Of a stretch of 64,000 nucleotides of DNA, positions 25,692 through 34,724 are shown in pieces; position 1 is the stretch's first letter, and each line of letters starts with the position of its first letter. Source of the stretch: a virus (Duplodnaviria; Caudoviricetes). Made by a program: the position numbers and the translations under genes. The DNA is taken from positions 1 to 64,000 of IMG/VR virus record IMGVR_UViG_3300031911_000003; one strand, given 5' to 3'. Below the pieces are notes generated by a model. The model ran no database searches. It was given only the letters and a program-made list of their open reading frames with translations, and was not told the origin of the DNA.

Positions 25692-27245
25692 ATGGCCGAG
25701 AAGCTAGCCGTAGTCCTCGTCGACCCGGCGACCGGTCTGCCATACGTCGCGATTCCGGTCACTGTCGGGGCAGGCATCAATCGCGAGACGCAGGGGGATA
25801 TAACCTCGACGCAGAGCTTCGAGGTCAACACCGCGGCCTGCGGGACGGCTCGCATCGAGATCACAGACACGGATCCCATGCTGCCGTGGGCCGGCACGAT
25901 CCGCTTCGAATACACGATCAACAACGGGACGACGTGGAACCCCCTTGCGATGGATCCGGACGGCGGCGGGGGGCCAGTCTCTCAAACGACCGCCAACGGC
26001 GAGTGGTCCACCGAAGTCAGCGCTTACGGCAAGATCCGCGCAATCGGCGACACGGTGAGCGCCAACAGCGCCCGCGTATACCTCTCTGCCTCGACAGCGA
26101 CCTCGACCGTCGTGCTCGGCATGCCCCTTCCTGCTGGCAACAGCACTATCGGCAAGGTGAAGGTCACAGATGGCACAGACGACCTCGCGATAGACGGGTT
26201 GGGTCGCGCAGCAGTTCAGAATCCGCCGAACCTCGACGCTGCGCTGTCCTCGCGCGCCACTGAGGTGACGCTGCAGACCGTAGCGAAGGAAACGACTCTG
26301 TCGGCGCAACTCGACGCCAAGACCTCAACTCTGGCCAGGGAGTCAGGCGGGAACCTCGCGGCCTCCGCGAGTTCCCTGGCTTCGATTGACGGCAAGTTCA
26401 CAAACCCCTTGCCGGTGTCTGCCGCCTCGCTGCCTCTACCCTCCGGAGCCGCCAAGGACGCGACGCTGACGAGCGGAGATGCTTTCGTGCGCCTAACGTC
26501 CGATAAGACGAATCCGGCCGTGGTGGCCAACAGCGCGCCGTCGGGCACCGAATACGCTCTCGTCACGCGCAACATCCCGAGCGGGACGCAGTCAGTGAGC
26601 GGCCCGCTCACCGACGCGCAGCTGCGAGCCCTCGCAGTGCCTGTCTCCGGTACACTGTCCGTCTCCAACACCTTCGCGCTAGACGCCACGCTCGCCAAGC
26701 TCACCGTGAGCCAGGGCGCGAGCCTGGGCAGCAACACGCAGGCGCTCGTCGGCGCGTCCGTCACTACGGCGGCTCCAGCCTACTCTACGGGCCAGATCTC
26801 GCCGCTCAGCATAAAGACGGACGGCTCGCTGCGCACCGCCGACTCCCAGATCGGCATCGCGGGCTCGCCCCACGCCGCCGTGTTCAGCGTCCAAGGCGTA
26901 TCGGGCGGGACGGTCGTTCCGATCGGGCAGGCCGTGGCATCAGCCCTCAACGCGACCATGGTAGGTGGTGGTGCTTCAAAAACGGTCATATCCTCGGCGA
27001 CGACGACGCAGGTGAAGTCAGGCACGGGCGTGCTGTACGCGATCGTTTATGACGCCACCATCGGGTTAAACGTCGTAGGCTACGATGATGTCGGGGGCGG
27101 CACGGCCAACCAGTTCATTGCGCGGTCGACTACCGTCACATCTGGCTCGATAGAGTTCGGGCCGTTCGGCGTCTCATTCTCGAACGGGCTGAAGATCGTC
27201 ACGACGGGTGGCGTCTCCATCTTCGTCGTGGTAATCTATCGCTGA
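25692..27245 (+). CDS. virion structural / fibre-like protein
   Basis: Ser/Thr/Ala/Gly-rich, with segments such as GKVKVTDGTD, VSGPLTDAQLRA and QVKSGTGVL. Confidence 0.6.
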   Translation: MAEKLAVVLVDPATGLPYVAIPVTVGAGINRETQGDITSTQSFEVNTAACGTARIEITDTDPMLPWAGTIRFEYTINNGTTWNPLAMDPDGGGGPVSQTTANGEWSTEVSAYGKIRAIGDTVSANSARVYLSASTATSTVVLGMPLPAGNSTIGKVKVTDGTDDLAIDGLGRAAVQNPPNLDAALSSRATEVTLQTVAKETTLSAQLDAKTSTLARESGGNLAASASSLASIDGKFTNPLPVSAASLPLPSGAAKDATLTSGDAFVRLTSDKTNPAVVANSAPSGTEYALVTRNIPSGTQSVSGPLTDAQLRALAVPVSGTLSVSNTFALDATLAKLTVSQGASLGSNTQALVGASVTTAAPAYSTGQISPLSIKTDGSLRTADSQIGIAGSPHAAVFSVQGVSGGTVVPIGQAVASALNATMVGGGASKTVISSATTTQVKSGTGVLYAIVYDATIGLNVVGYDDVGGGTANQFIARSTTVTSGSIEFGPFGVSFSNGLKIVTTGGVSIFVVVIYR

Positions 27246-27745
27246 TGCGTGCAATGCTCGCCCTATTGACCTCGATCACCCTCGGGTGCGGAGACTCGCA
27301 GCGCCTGACATCTGCGATACCACCTGCTCGAGAGCCAAGCCCCATCCCCTCGAATCCAGTGTGCGCGAGCAGCAGCCGCTTGGGGTTCTGGGTCGGGGAC
27401 TGCTTGCAGCGATGGTGCCTCCCCGTAGACGCGGATCTGGTCTTCTCCGTGAACGTCAACCGACGCTTCGCCTACTCGAATAGAGAGCTGCCACGCTTCG
27501 CAGCCGCGCTCGATCGAGCGCAGTGCCCAGAGCAGGGCGGCGCCTATCGGGTGCTCGTCCTCGATCTCAGCTTCGAGTTCGTGGGGGCAAACCTGTTCAT
27601 GTTCGATCCGGTGAGGCAGTGCGCGGATTACGAGTGCGGGGGCGAAATAGAAGATCAGTGGGCGGTCAAGGATCCAAGTCGGCTGCTCTATGACCTCAAA
27701 GAGCTGTCCCTCGCCGAGTTCCTAGACGCGTACGGCCCGAATTAA
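27245..27745 (+). CDS. lipoprotein
   Basis: MRAMLALLTSITLGC lipobox; TGATG coupling. Confidence 0.6.
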   Translation: MRAMLALLTSITLGCGDSQRLTSAIPPAREPSPIPSNPVCASSSRLGFWVGDCLQRWCLPVDADLVFSVNVNRRFAYSNRELPRFAAALDRAQCPEQGGAYRVLVLDLSFEFVGANLFMFDPVRQCADYECGGEIEDQWAVKDPSRLLYDLKELSLAEFLDAYGPN

Positions 27746-28363
27746 TCAGCCCTCGCAGGATCGCGGGTCGCACCCTATAGCAGCGATCCAGGCCATCCGC
27801 ACCCCACCATTATCACTCCGAGGACCGGTAGCCGTCTCCTCTTTCTTCTCAGGCTTCTTGGCCGTTTTGTCGCTGCAGCTCTTCTGATCGTACTCACACG
27901 TTCGAGGCGTAGCGCGCCTGCACTTATAACAATCCGGGCACGCAGGCACGCACTTGGCGGCGAACATAATTCGAGCGGCGGGCACTATCCCAAGCGCACC
28001 CCAGATGGCCAAAGAGAGCAGAAGCGTCGACGCTCCGATCTTGGCGGCGATGCGCAGGACGTCCTTGTGGACGGCGTCGACCTTGGCACCGATCGTGTTG
28101 TGGGCATCGGTGACGGCGCGCTCCGATCGCGCGATGTCCTTGTCGGCGTCGGTGCGCAAGTCGGTGAGGAGCTTTTCCTGCCGCGCGTGCGAGGTGTCAG
28201 TGAGGACCTTCACCCAGTCGAGCAGCTTCGGGATGCCCTTCCATACGGACCACAGCGCTGCGAGCAGGATGCCGGCGAGTAGCGCCGACAAGAGGGTGAT
28301 GACGAATATGAGCGGCGTGCGCTGCGCGAGCTCCGTTGCGGCCTTGACGTACTCGGGTTGCAT
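27746..28363 (-). CDS. two-TM holin-like membrane protein with Cys-rich C-terminus
   Basis: Two TM segments flanking a coiled region; ATG 28363 has ACCATC 8 nt upstream. Confidence 0.45.
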   Translation of the reverse strand: MQPEYVKAATELAQRTPLIFVITLLSALLAGILLAALWSVWKGIPKLLDWVKVLTDTSHARQEKLLTDLRTDADKDIARSERAVTDAHNTIGAKVDAVHKDVLRIAAKIGASTLLLSLAIWGALGIVPAARIMFAAKCVPACPDCYKCRRATPRTCEYDQKSCSDKTAKKPEKKEETATGPRSDNGGVRMAWIAAIGCDPRSCEG

Positions 28364-28379
28364 GCGAGAGGATGGTGGG

Positions 28380-28562
28380 ATGTCGAAAGCAACTCTCGTC
28401 TGCAAACAGTGCGGGTGGACGGCGAGAAGAGAACTCTTAAACGCAACGGTCTGTCGTGGCCACCGCGAGACGCCGACACAGACCGCGATTTGTCCGAAGT
28501 GCCGTGTCGAGATGGATCGACCAGAAGAGCATCTTCGGTGGACAGCCTACAACGTCCACTAA
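28380..28562 (+). CDS. small Zn-ribbon protein (60 aa)
   Basis: MSKATLVCKQCG...CPKCRVEM; coupled to 28562. Confidence 0.55.
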   Translation: MSKATLVCKQCGWTARRELLNATVCRGHRETPTQTAICPKCRVEMDRPEEHLRWTAYNVH

Positions 28563-28996
28563 TGCTCACCCGATGCGCATACGTCGAGTGGCGCGAGCCG
28601 CTAGTTCCGCGCAACGCGCCAACGCTCACCGAGAAGCGGGCGGCTTCCGCCGCCCTTGCCAAGCACGTCGGTGGGCGGGCCGAACTGAATCGCAGGACTG
28701 GACAACTCGCCGACGAGTTCGTCTCCGTTCTCAACGATCAACTCGCCGACATCCGCTCGCCGCTGCGCGTCGACAACTCCGCGCCGTTCGACGGTACGCT
28801 GAGACTGAGATTCGTTGGCAGATCTCGATTCACCGATCTGGAGCTTCACTACGACGATGTCAGCTTCAATGGCTTCAACCTGCACAGCTATTGCGAGAAC
28901 CAGATCGACCCGCCTACGGGCCGGGTTCCCCCTCTTGCGGAGAAACGAGGGCGCCCGGCGGGTCTTCCCACTCGCCGCTACCGGCGTCCGCTGTAG
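28562..28996 (+). CDS. hypothetical protein
   Basis: TAATG coupling; overlaps the convergent 28914..29735 by 83 nt. Confidence 0.5.
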   Translation: MLTRCAYVEWREPLVPRNAPTLTEKRAASAALAKHVGGRAELNRRTGQLADEFVSVLNDQLADIRSPLRVDNSAPFDGTLRLRFVGRSRFTDLELHYDDVSFNGFNLHSYCENQIDPPTGRVPPLAEKRGRPAGLPTRRYRRPL

Positions 28997-29735
28997 GTAC
29001 CGTGCGGTTGAACTTGCTGCGCACGATGGGCGCGCTGATGATGACCGTCATCTGCCACACGAGGCCACGGTCGCCGGGCCTGTCCTCGACGTAGCCACCA
29101 TTGCGCGCCGTGAACCCCTCACCTAGCCGCTCGGGCTGCGAGCGCTCTAGGTCGTGGGCGCAGCTCGCGATCCAGTGGGCAAGCAGGAATGTGTCGCCCC
29201 AACTGTTACCCCACACGAGCACGGTCCACGGGAGGAGCAACACGCCCGTCCTCGTGTACGGGAAGTCCGCCTGCGAGCTCTCGCTAGTCAGGCCGAGTAG
29301 CGGGTAGGCGGCGCCGGGTCCGATCCTGTCGGCCGGCAAGTCGTCCTGTCGCCTGCTCGTACCAATGCGGTCGGGAGCGCCGCGGTAGCTGGCGTCAGGG
29401 AAACGAGGAGGTGTCCACAGGACGCTCTGCGGCGCGTTCTGGGTGCTCGGCCAGCGCGCCCCGACGAAGTAGTGCCCTGCCGTCGTGCGGGTGGCCTGCC
29501 TCTCGCCGCCCGGCCCCGTGTAGCTCCCAAGCTCCCATCGCTCGTTCAGGTGCGGCTGCCTCGGTTGCTCGCGCGTCCCAGTATGAGGGTAGGCTAAAGG
29601 TGGACAGATGTCGCTCACCGCTGACATGATCCGGGCGATGTGGGGCAACTCTACGCCGTCGTACTCAGGAAGCGCGTCAGGGCTCGTTTCAGGCATTGGT
29701 AATGCTCCCGGTCCACCCGTACCCCGAAGTCCCAA
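28914..29735 (-). CDS. tail terminator / neck protein
   Basis: Follows the head-tail adaptor; AGGAG before GTG 29735; WTVLVWG..WGDT motif. Confidence 0.5.
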   Translation of the reverse strand: MGLRGTGGPGALPMPETSPDALPEYDGVELPHIARIMSAVSDICPPLAYPHTGTREQPRQPHLNERWELGSYTGPGGERQATRTTAGHYFVGARWPSTQNAPQSVLWTPPRFPDASYRGAPDRIGTSRRQDDLPADRIGPGAAYPLLGLTSESSQADFPYTRTGVLLLPWTVLVWGNSWGDTFLLAHWIASCAHDLERSQPERLGEGFTARNGGYVEDRPGDRGLVWQMTVIISAPIVRSKFNRTVPTADAGSGEWEDPPGALVSPQEGEPGP

Positions 29736-29768
29736 CCACGGAGCTCCTAGACCCGTTTACGGCGATGT

Positions 29769-30308
29769 CTACCACCTGCGTCCTCCGTACCCAAACCAGT
29801 TTCGGTTCGGCGCGGCTCCAACCGGCGTGGCGGGCTGCGGGCGCTCGGTGCCGAGCAACCGCTTGTCGGGAGTCAACATGTAGTCCTGCGCAGCCTTGAT
29901 CATCTTGGACGCCCCGGCGTACTTCCGCCTGAAGCGCGCCTCCTCGTCACGCCCCTGGTCGCCCGGTTGGTAGCCGCGGACCTCCATGGCGTAGTACGCT
30001 GCGATATCGCACACCCAGCCCACCCACGCCTCGCTGTACGCCTGCAACGGCGTCTTGAAGCGGTGGCAGATCATGCTGTCCGCCTCGCGCGACGCCCGGC
30101 GCAGCTGGACGTGGAGCAGCGCGTCGCCCGGATACTGGAAGTCATGCTGCGTCGTCTCGGCGAGAGAGTAGAGGAAGAGCTCCTCGACGGTCGCGTAGCT
30201 GCCGTCGAGGCCGCTCGAGGCGCGGTATAGCGTCCCAATAGACCCGGACCTTCCGCTCGGCGCGGACAGTGTGAAGGCGATTCCCGACGGGGTAAGAGTG
30301 CCAGCCAT
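29769..30308 (-). CDS. head-tail adaptor (Mu gp36/DUF1320-like)
   Basis: ASREADSMICHRFKTPL...WVCDIAAYY...RRKYAGA; ACCATC 7 nt upstream. Confidence 0.75.
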   Translation of the reverse strand: MAGTLTPSGIAFTLSAPSGRSGSIGTLYRASSGLDGSYATVEELFLYSLAETTQHDFQYPGDALLHVQLRRASREADSMICHRFKTPLQAYSEAWVGWVCDIAAYYAMEVRGYQPGDQGRDEEARFRRKYAGASKMIKAAQDYMLTPDKRLLGTERPQPATPVGAAPNRNWFGYGGRRW

Positions 30309-30341
30309 GCCCGAGATGGTGGCGAGCCGCGCGCGCTCTGA

Positions 30342-30548
30342 TCACTCCGTCTCGAGCAGCGCGAAGCGGGTCGCGCCCTCGAGCAGCGGCGCGTTGAACT
30401 TCGCGAGGTCCGCGCGCAGCGCCGCGCAGCTGGTTTCAGCTGCCGCGAGCTTGCGGCTGCACTCCTCGCGGGCGCGCTTCTCTGAATCGCGCTCAGCTTG
30501 CGTCTCCCGAAGAGCTTGGGTTAGCTTCCCGACTTGCTCGACTGCCAT
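30342..30548 (-). CDS. small coiled-coil protein
   Basis: Ends in ..RFALLETE; genome-typical codon use. Confidence 0.5.
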   Translation of the reverse strand: MAVEQVGKLTQALRETQAERDSEKRAREECSRKLAAAETSCAALRADLAKFNAPLLEGATRFALLETE

Positions 30549-30827
30549 CGCGTCTGCCGGTGTCCGCGCGCACTTCTTGAGCTCGCTGTTGAATTTCGCG
30601 AGGCGCTGTATCTCGGACTGCAGCTGCTCGCGCTCTGTCGTCGAGAAGGTGGGGTCACTCGGCGTTCAGAGCCAACGTCGCTAGGATCAGTCAGTCGCAT
30701 GACCACGATCGTCACTACTTTCCAATCGCCTTCCAGCGTGATTCGCATCGCCCGATATTCGCGTTTTGTGCGACGCTCTGTCAACCCTTCGAAACGGCCT
30801 CCGGAGGTAGGAGAAGCCTCTCCTTAA

Positions 30828-30960
30828 GCTCTATATAAATTTCCAAATCCAATTCTATATATCTATATTCTACTCCATCTACTACACCATTAACTAAATA
30901 TAAGAAATATAAGAAGAATATAAGAGGGAGAAGAAAGGGAGGAGTGCAGTAGGGAAAAGT
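30828..30960. other. very AT-rich, strand-asymmetric segment (candidate replication origin) with three ATATAAGA repeats
   Basis: Pyrimidine-rich half followed by a purine-rich half; ATATAAGA at 30898, 30907 and 30918. Confidence 0.45.
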
Positions 30961-31141
30961 GAGCTATAAGAGATTCAAGCACTTAGGAGAACCTGAACAG
31001 AGATTCAGCTGTAGGCAATGCGTAAAGTTAAGTACTCACGACTCGTTCTGCGGCGATACTAATCATCCGTTTAGTTACGAAATTCCCCACATGTGTGTCT
31101 TGTGTGAATCTGTCTGGTTGTGGAATTGTAAGAGGGTGTAG
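30959..31141 (+). CDS. small Zn-binding protein
   Basis: GGAGG upstream of GTG; CRQC...C...CVLC. Confidence 0.4.
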   Translation: MSYKRFKHLGEPEQRFSCRQCVKLSTHDSFCGDTNHPFSYEIPHMCVLCESVWLWNCKRV

Positions 31142-31211
31142 AGGTGAGTGCTTACAATCTTTTACAATTCGAGTTAGCTGAAGTGTTTCGCGAAGTTAGC
31201 AGTTTGCAGTA

Positions 31212-31270
31212 TCTGAGAAGCTAGCTTCTCAGAAGTTGACCTATCGCACGCCTAAGTATAACCTGCGAGC
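31212..31270 (+). promoter_or_regulatory. 22-bp perfect palindrome followed by a sigma70-type promoter TTGACC-N17-TAACCT, 6 nt before ATG 31271
   Basis: TCTGAGAAGCTAGCTTCTCAGA at 31212-31233; -35 box at 31236-31241. Confidence 0.55.
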
Positions 31271-31813
31271 ATGCTGAGTATCTGTGTGACGGGCCACAGG
31301 CCCGACAAGCTCGGCGGCTACGACGCCGCGAATCCGCTGCGGCGGGCGATCCGCGAGGAGTTCAAAGAGAGGCTACTGTGCCTCGTCGGCGCGCACCTGC
31401 TCGAGGCGGGCAGCGCCGAGTGCGAGGTCTACTGCGGCATGGCGCAGGGTTTCGACCAGGACGCGGCGTGCGCCTGCATCCAGGCCGACGTGCCCTTCGT
31501 AGCCTGCGTGCCCTTCGCCGGGCAGGAGCTCGTGTGGACGCCTGAGGCGCAGCGCGACTACCGCCTGATACTCTCTAGAGCGAAGCGTGTGGAGGTGCTC
31601 GCACAGAAGCCGGCGACGCGCACAGCCGCGGTGAGTCTGCTTTACGTCCGCAACCACTTCATGATCGAGAGCTGCGACGTTGTTGTCGCATGCTGGAACG
31701 GCACCTTCGGTGGGACGTACGAGACGGTGAAGTACGCGCAGCGCCTAGGCAAGCCACTGCACGTCATCGACCCGCGAGCGCTGGCGAATCGAGAGGACAA
31801 CCGTGGTAACTAG
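31271..31813 (+). CDS. YspA/DUF1273 SLOG-family protein
   Basis: ICVTGHRPDKLGGY, GMAQGFD, VPFAGQE..W, RNHFMI, WNGTFGGTYETVKYA. Confidence 0.85.
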   Translation: MLSICVTGHRPDKLGGYDAANPLRRAIREEFKERLLCLVGAHLLEAGSAECEVYCGMAQGFDQDAACACIQADVPFVACVPFAGQELVWTPEAQRDYRLILSRAKRVEVLAQKPATRTAAVSLLYVRNHFMIESCDVVVACWNGTFGGTYETVKYAQRLGKPLHVIDPRALANREDNRGN

Positions 31814-32556
31814 CGCTTCGACTCAGCGAACGTCTTTATCTGCTCGACGGCTTCGGCGATGGAGTGGCAGAGGACATAGCAGCCGCCGCGCCTGCGGACG
31901 CTCTCCATGCGCGCGCACTGCTCTTCTGATTGCGGCTTCGCGATCTTCACCTCGACCTCGAGGCGGTACTCATGGCGTTCAGTTCGTGTCGGTGTAACCT
32001 TACCTGAAGGCCAGTCGACGTGAGGTACTTCGCGCTCGATCGTCAGTCCGCCCGTCAGGTCCGCCGCACCGACGCGGCCGACGTTGCGAACGCCGTTGGC
32101 GAGGAGGTGCCTGCACTGCTCGAGTAGCCGCGTCTGCTTCGGGATGGAGGACGCTGCCTGTGCGGCCGACAGCAGCCGCAACGCCTGCTGCGCGGTGGAC
32201 ACCTGCACGACGCCACCCGTGAAGCGCCGCTCAAGCCACACCGCTTGGCTGCCATCGGAGAGTCTCAAGTCTGGATGCCCGCAAATGGCGGCGACGTAAT
32301 GGCCGTATGTGTCCGTCTCGCGGACGCGGTGCTCGACAGCTTCTCGGAACACCTTTGGCCATCCTGCGGGGCAGACCCGCTCGATCTCGGGGGGCCAAGA
32401 CTTAACAGCCTCTGCTACTCTGTTTTGGTAGATGCTCTGTAGCGCTAACAATTCGCCGGGCTGTTTATTGAGCTTGAATCGTCCGATCTCGATGACCGTT
32501 TGCCAGCACTCTGCGCTCGGTTTTGCTAGCGCCGCGTCGAGCTGTTCGATGCTCAT
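31810..32556 (-). CDS. VRR-NUC-like endonuclease (C-terminal domain)
   Basis: LEVEVKIAKPQSEEQ...VRRRGGCYVLCHSIAEA. Confidence 0.6.
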   Translation of the reverse strand: MSIEQLDAALAKPSAECWQTVIEIGRFKLNKQPGELLALQSIYQNRVAEAVKSWPPEIERVCPAGWPKVFREAVEHRVRETDTYGHYVAAICGHPDLRLSDGSQAVWLERRFTGGVVQVSTAQQALRLLSAAQAASSIPKQTRLLEQCRHLLANGVRNVGRVGAADLTGGLTIEREVPHVDWPSGKVTPTRTERHEYRLEVEVKIAKPQSEEQCARMESVRRRGGCYVLCHSIAEAVEQIKTFAESKR

Positions 32557-32567
32557 TTCAATTCTAA

Positions 32568-33680
32568 TTAGACTGGGCACAGCACACCTCTCGTTTCTAC
32601 CTGGAAACGCTGCTCCTCGCGCAGCTCGACAAAGAACCACAGCACGCCGCACAGGGCTAGCGCTAGCGACACGCGTACGGCCAGCCGCGGCTCCGCGCTG
32701 CCAAGCACTCCGGCGAGTTTGCCTCCGACGGCCATAGAACTCAGCCACAGCGCTGTAGCGACGGACGCCAGGCGGCGCGGCACGAGCGACGTCGAGAGGT
32801 CTAGGCCGAGCGGTGAGATGAGGACTTCACCGACAGTCGCGAGGAAGTACCAGCCGACCAGGCCGGACATTGAAGAGTCGATGCAGAGCAGCACGAAGCC
32901 GGCAGCGAGCGACAGCATAGCTGCGACGAGGCGCGAGCGCAGGCCCGTCCAAGCGGCCAGCGGCGTGCAGAGAAGCAGCGCGGCGAAGACTGGGTTCAGG
33001 GTGCTGACGCTCTCGGGCATGTCGGCGCGCACGACATCGCGCGCCCACAGGACGAGGCTCGTCTGCTGCTGCTGGAACCCGGCGAAGAACAGCACCGCGC
33101 CGACGAGCAGCACTGCCAATCGGCCCCACTGCGGGCGCTCGATGTGGTCTAAGACGCTCTCGGCGATGCTCTGCCGCGGTGGCGCGAGCTTCGACCAGTT
33201 CGCGAGGAGCACGGCGACGCAGGCGGCAAGCGCCAGCGCGGCGGCGCCGAACGCAGCCGACCAGCCATAGCGGTAGTGCAGGTACCCACCGACTAGGGTG
33301 CTCGGCATCGAGCCGACTTGGATCGCGGCGTAGTAGCGACCGAAGGCGCGAGTGCGCTCTGGACCGACGGGGAACAGGCTCCCGAGCAGCGCCGACAGGC
33401 ACGGCTTGAACAGCCCGCAGCCGAGCGCGAGCAGCGGAATCGGCGAGCGGTCAAGTGCCGCCGTGGCGTACCCGCACAAGAGCAGCGACGCGCCAGCGAA
33501 AACTGTCGCGCGCAGCGAGAAGCGCCCGAGGTAGCCGCCGAGGAGCGGCGCGAGGTAGCCCCAGAAGAGCAGCGTGCCGACTTCGGCTGGCGAACGCCAC
33601 AGCGCGAGCGCACCCAAAAATAGATACCAGGCGAAGCGCTCTAGAGCGATGGCTGCGAGGATTGCGCGGTAGGCAATCAT
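32568..33680 (-). CDS. proton-dependent oligopeptide transporter (POT/PTR2, MFS), compact form
   Basis: ALERFAWY (ExxERFxYY-like), GCGLFKP, TVGEVLISPLGL, multiple TM helices. Confidence 0.85.
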   Translation of the reverse strand: MIAYRAILAAIALERFAWYLFLGALALWRSPAEVGTLLFWGYLAPLLGGYLGRFSLRATVFAGASLLLCGYATAALDRSPIPLLALGCGLFKPCLSALLGSLFPVGPERTRAFGRYYAAIQVGSMPSTLVGGYLHYRYGWSAAFGAAALALAACVAVLLANWSKLAPPRQSIAESVLDHIERPQWGRLAVLLVGAVLFFAGFQQQQTSLVLWARDVVRADMPESVSTLNPVFAALLLCTPLAAWTGLRSRLVAAMLSLAAGFVLLCIDSSMSGLVGWYFLATVGEVLISPLGLDLSTSLVPRRLASVATALWLSSMAVGGKLAGVLGSAEPRLAVRVSLALALCGVLWFFVELREEQRFQVETRGVLCPV

Positions 33681-33892
33681 TGCTTCTCTTCTTTCTTTCC
33701 AAAAGCCAGCCAGCACGGCGATACGCCGAGGGCTTCGGCGAGCCTGCGCACCTGCTCGACGCTGGCAGCATTTATACCTTGTTCAATTTGATGGATCGTC
33801 GTGAAGCTTGGGATTCCCGCGCGCTGCGCGAGATTGCGCAGCGACAGCCCCTTTTCGAGACGAGTAGCCTTGAGGCGCGCGGCGACGCTCAT
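33677..33892 (-). CDS. XRE-family HTH regulator
   Basis: RLKATRLEKGLSLRNLAQRAGI....IHQIEQG...LAEALGVSPCWLAFG. Confidence 0.85.
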   Translation of the reverse strand: MSVAARLKATRLEKGLSLRNLAQRAGIPSFTTIHQIEQGINAASVEQVRRLAEALGVSPCWLAFGKKEEKQ

Positions 33893-34368
33893 CGCGGCGC
33901 CTTGATCTTGAGGACGTACAGTGCGCCCGCAGCTTCGGCTGCACCGCCGAGGTCAGTGTCGCGGCTGCTCTTGCCCGGCCGGCGCCAGCGGTTGATCAAG
34001 TGTCGGGACACTTCGACGGAGGCGGCGCCCGCTAGGTACCATGAGCTGAGACGATCGCCGACCCGTCGGCAAGCTTCTTTCGCCGACATCGGTGCGATTT
34101 GCAAAGAATTGTCGAGCATGAATGCGTTGAAGAGGTAGTCCACCCTGTCGCCGTCGCCCGGCTCGACGTCTTCGAGGGCGAGGTTGGCGATGGGCGTCTC
34201 AACGGAGCGGCAGCGTCTGTTCAATTGCTGCCCATTTCGGGCCGAAACCGCGTCTGAAGGCGGAGCAACCTGCCATAAATCCCACTCCCGTCGCGCCGCT
34301 ATCTCGGCGACGTGGTCGGAGAAGTAGCCGACGACTTCGCCGTCGGCGTTGAGTCGGGTGAGCTTCAC
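33889..34368 (-). CDS. hypothetical protein
   Basis: Coupled ORF in the early minus-strand operon. Confidence 0.55.
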   Translation of the reverse strand: MKLTRLNADGEVVGYFSDHVAEIAARREWDLWQVAPPSDAVSARNGQQLNRRCRSVETPIANLALEDVEPGDGDRVDYLFNAFMLDNSLQIAPMSAKEACRRVGDRLSSWYLAGAASVEVSRHLINRWRRPGKSSRDTDLGGAAEAAGALYVLKIKAPR

Positions 34369-34682
34369 GACACTGCTCCTCCTTCACGATGAATAGTTCT
34401 CAACCGCTCGAGTAATTCAATTTCGTCAAGATAAGAGTACTGTTGAGCCTGAAAACTTTCCCATTCGAAACTGCCGTCCAATGCGCCCTGGTCTAGGCAA
34501 CTTCTAGGTATCTTTGTAGTGAATGATGCGTTGGGGCGAAGTAACCAGCCAGGCATACTTGATGAAATGGGAACCGTTTGAAGGTCATTAAAGCAATTAA
34601 CCGATAGTTCAATTGTGCCTGCCTCCGAATTAACAGAGTGAACGATTCCACTTATAGCCCAGTCTTTGCTTGCTTTGACCAT
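34365..34682 (-). CDS. hypothetical protein (AT-rich)
   Basis: Coupled to 34368; lower GC than neighbours. Confidence 0.5.
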   Translation of the reverse strand: MVKASKDWAISGIVHSVNSEAGTIELSVNCFNDLQTVPISSSMPGWLLRPNASFTTKIPRSCLDQGALDGSFEWESFQAQQYSYLDEIELLERLRTIHREGGAVS

Positions 34683-34724
34683 AATTAGAGCCTACTCGCG
34701 AACTGAAATTTGTCAAGCCTAGAT

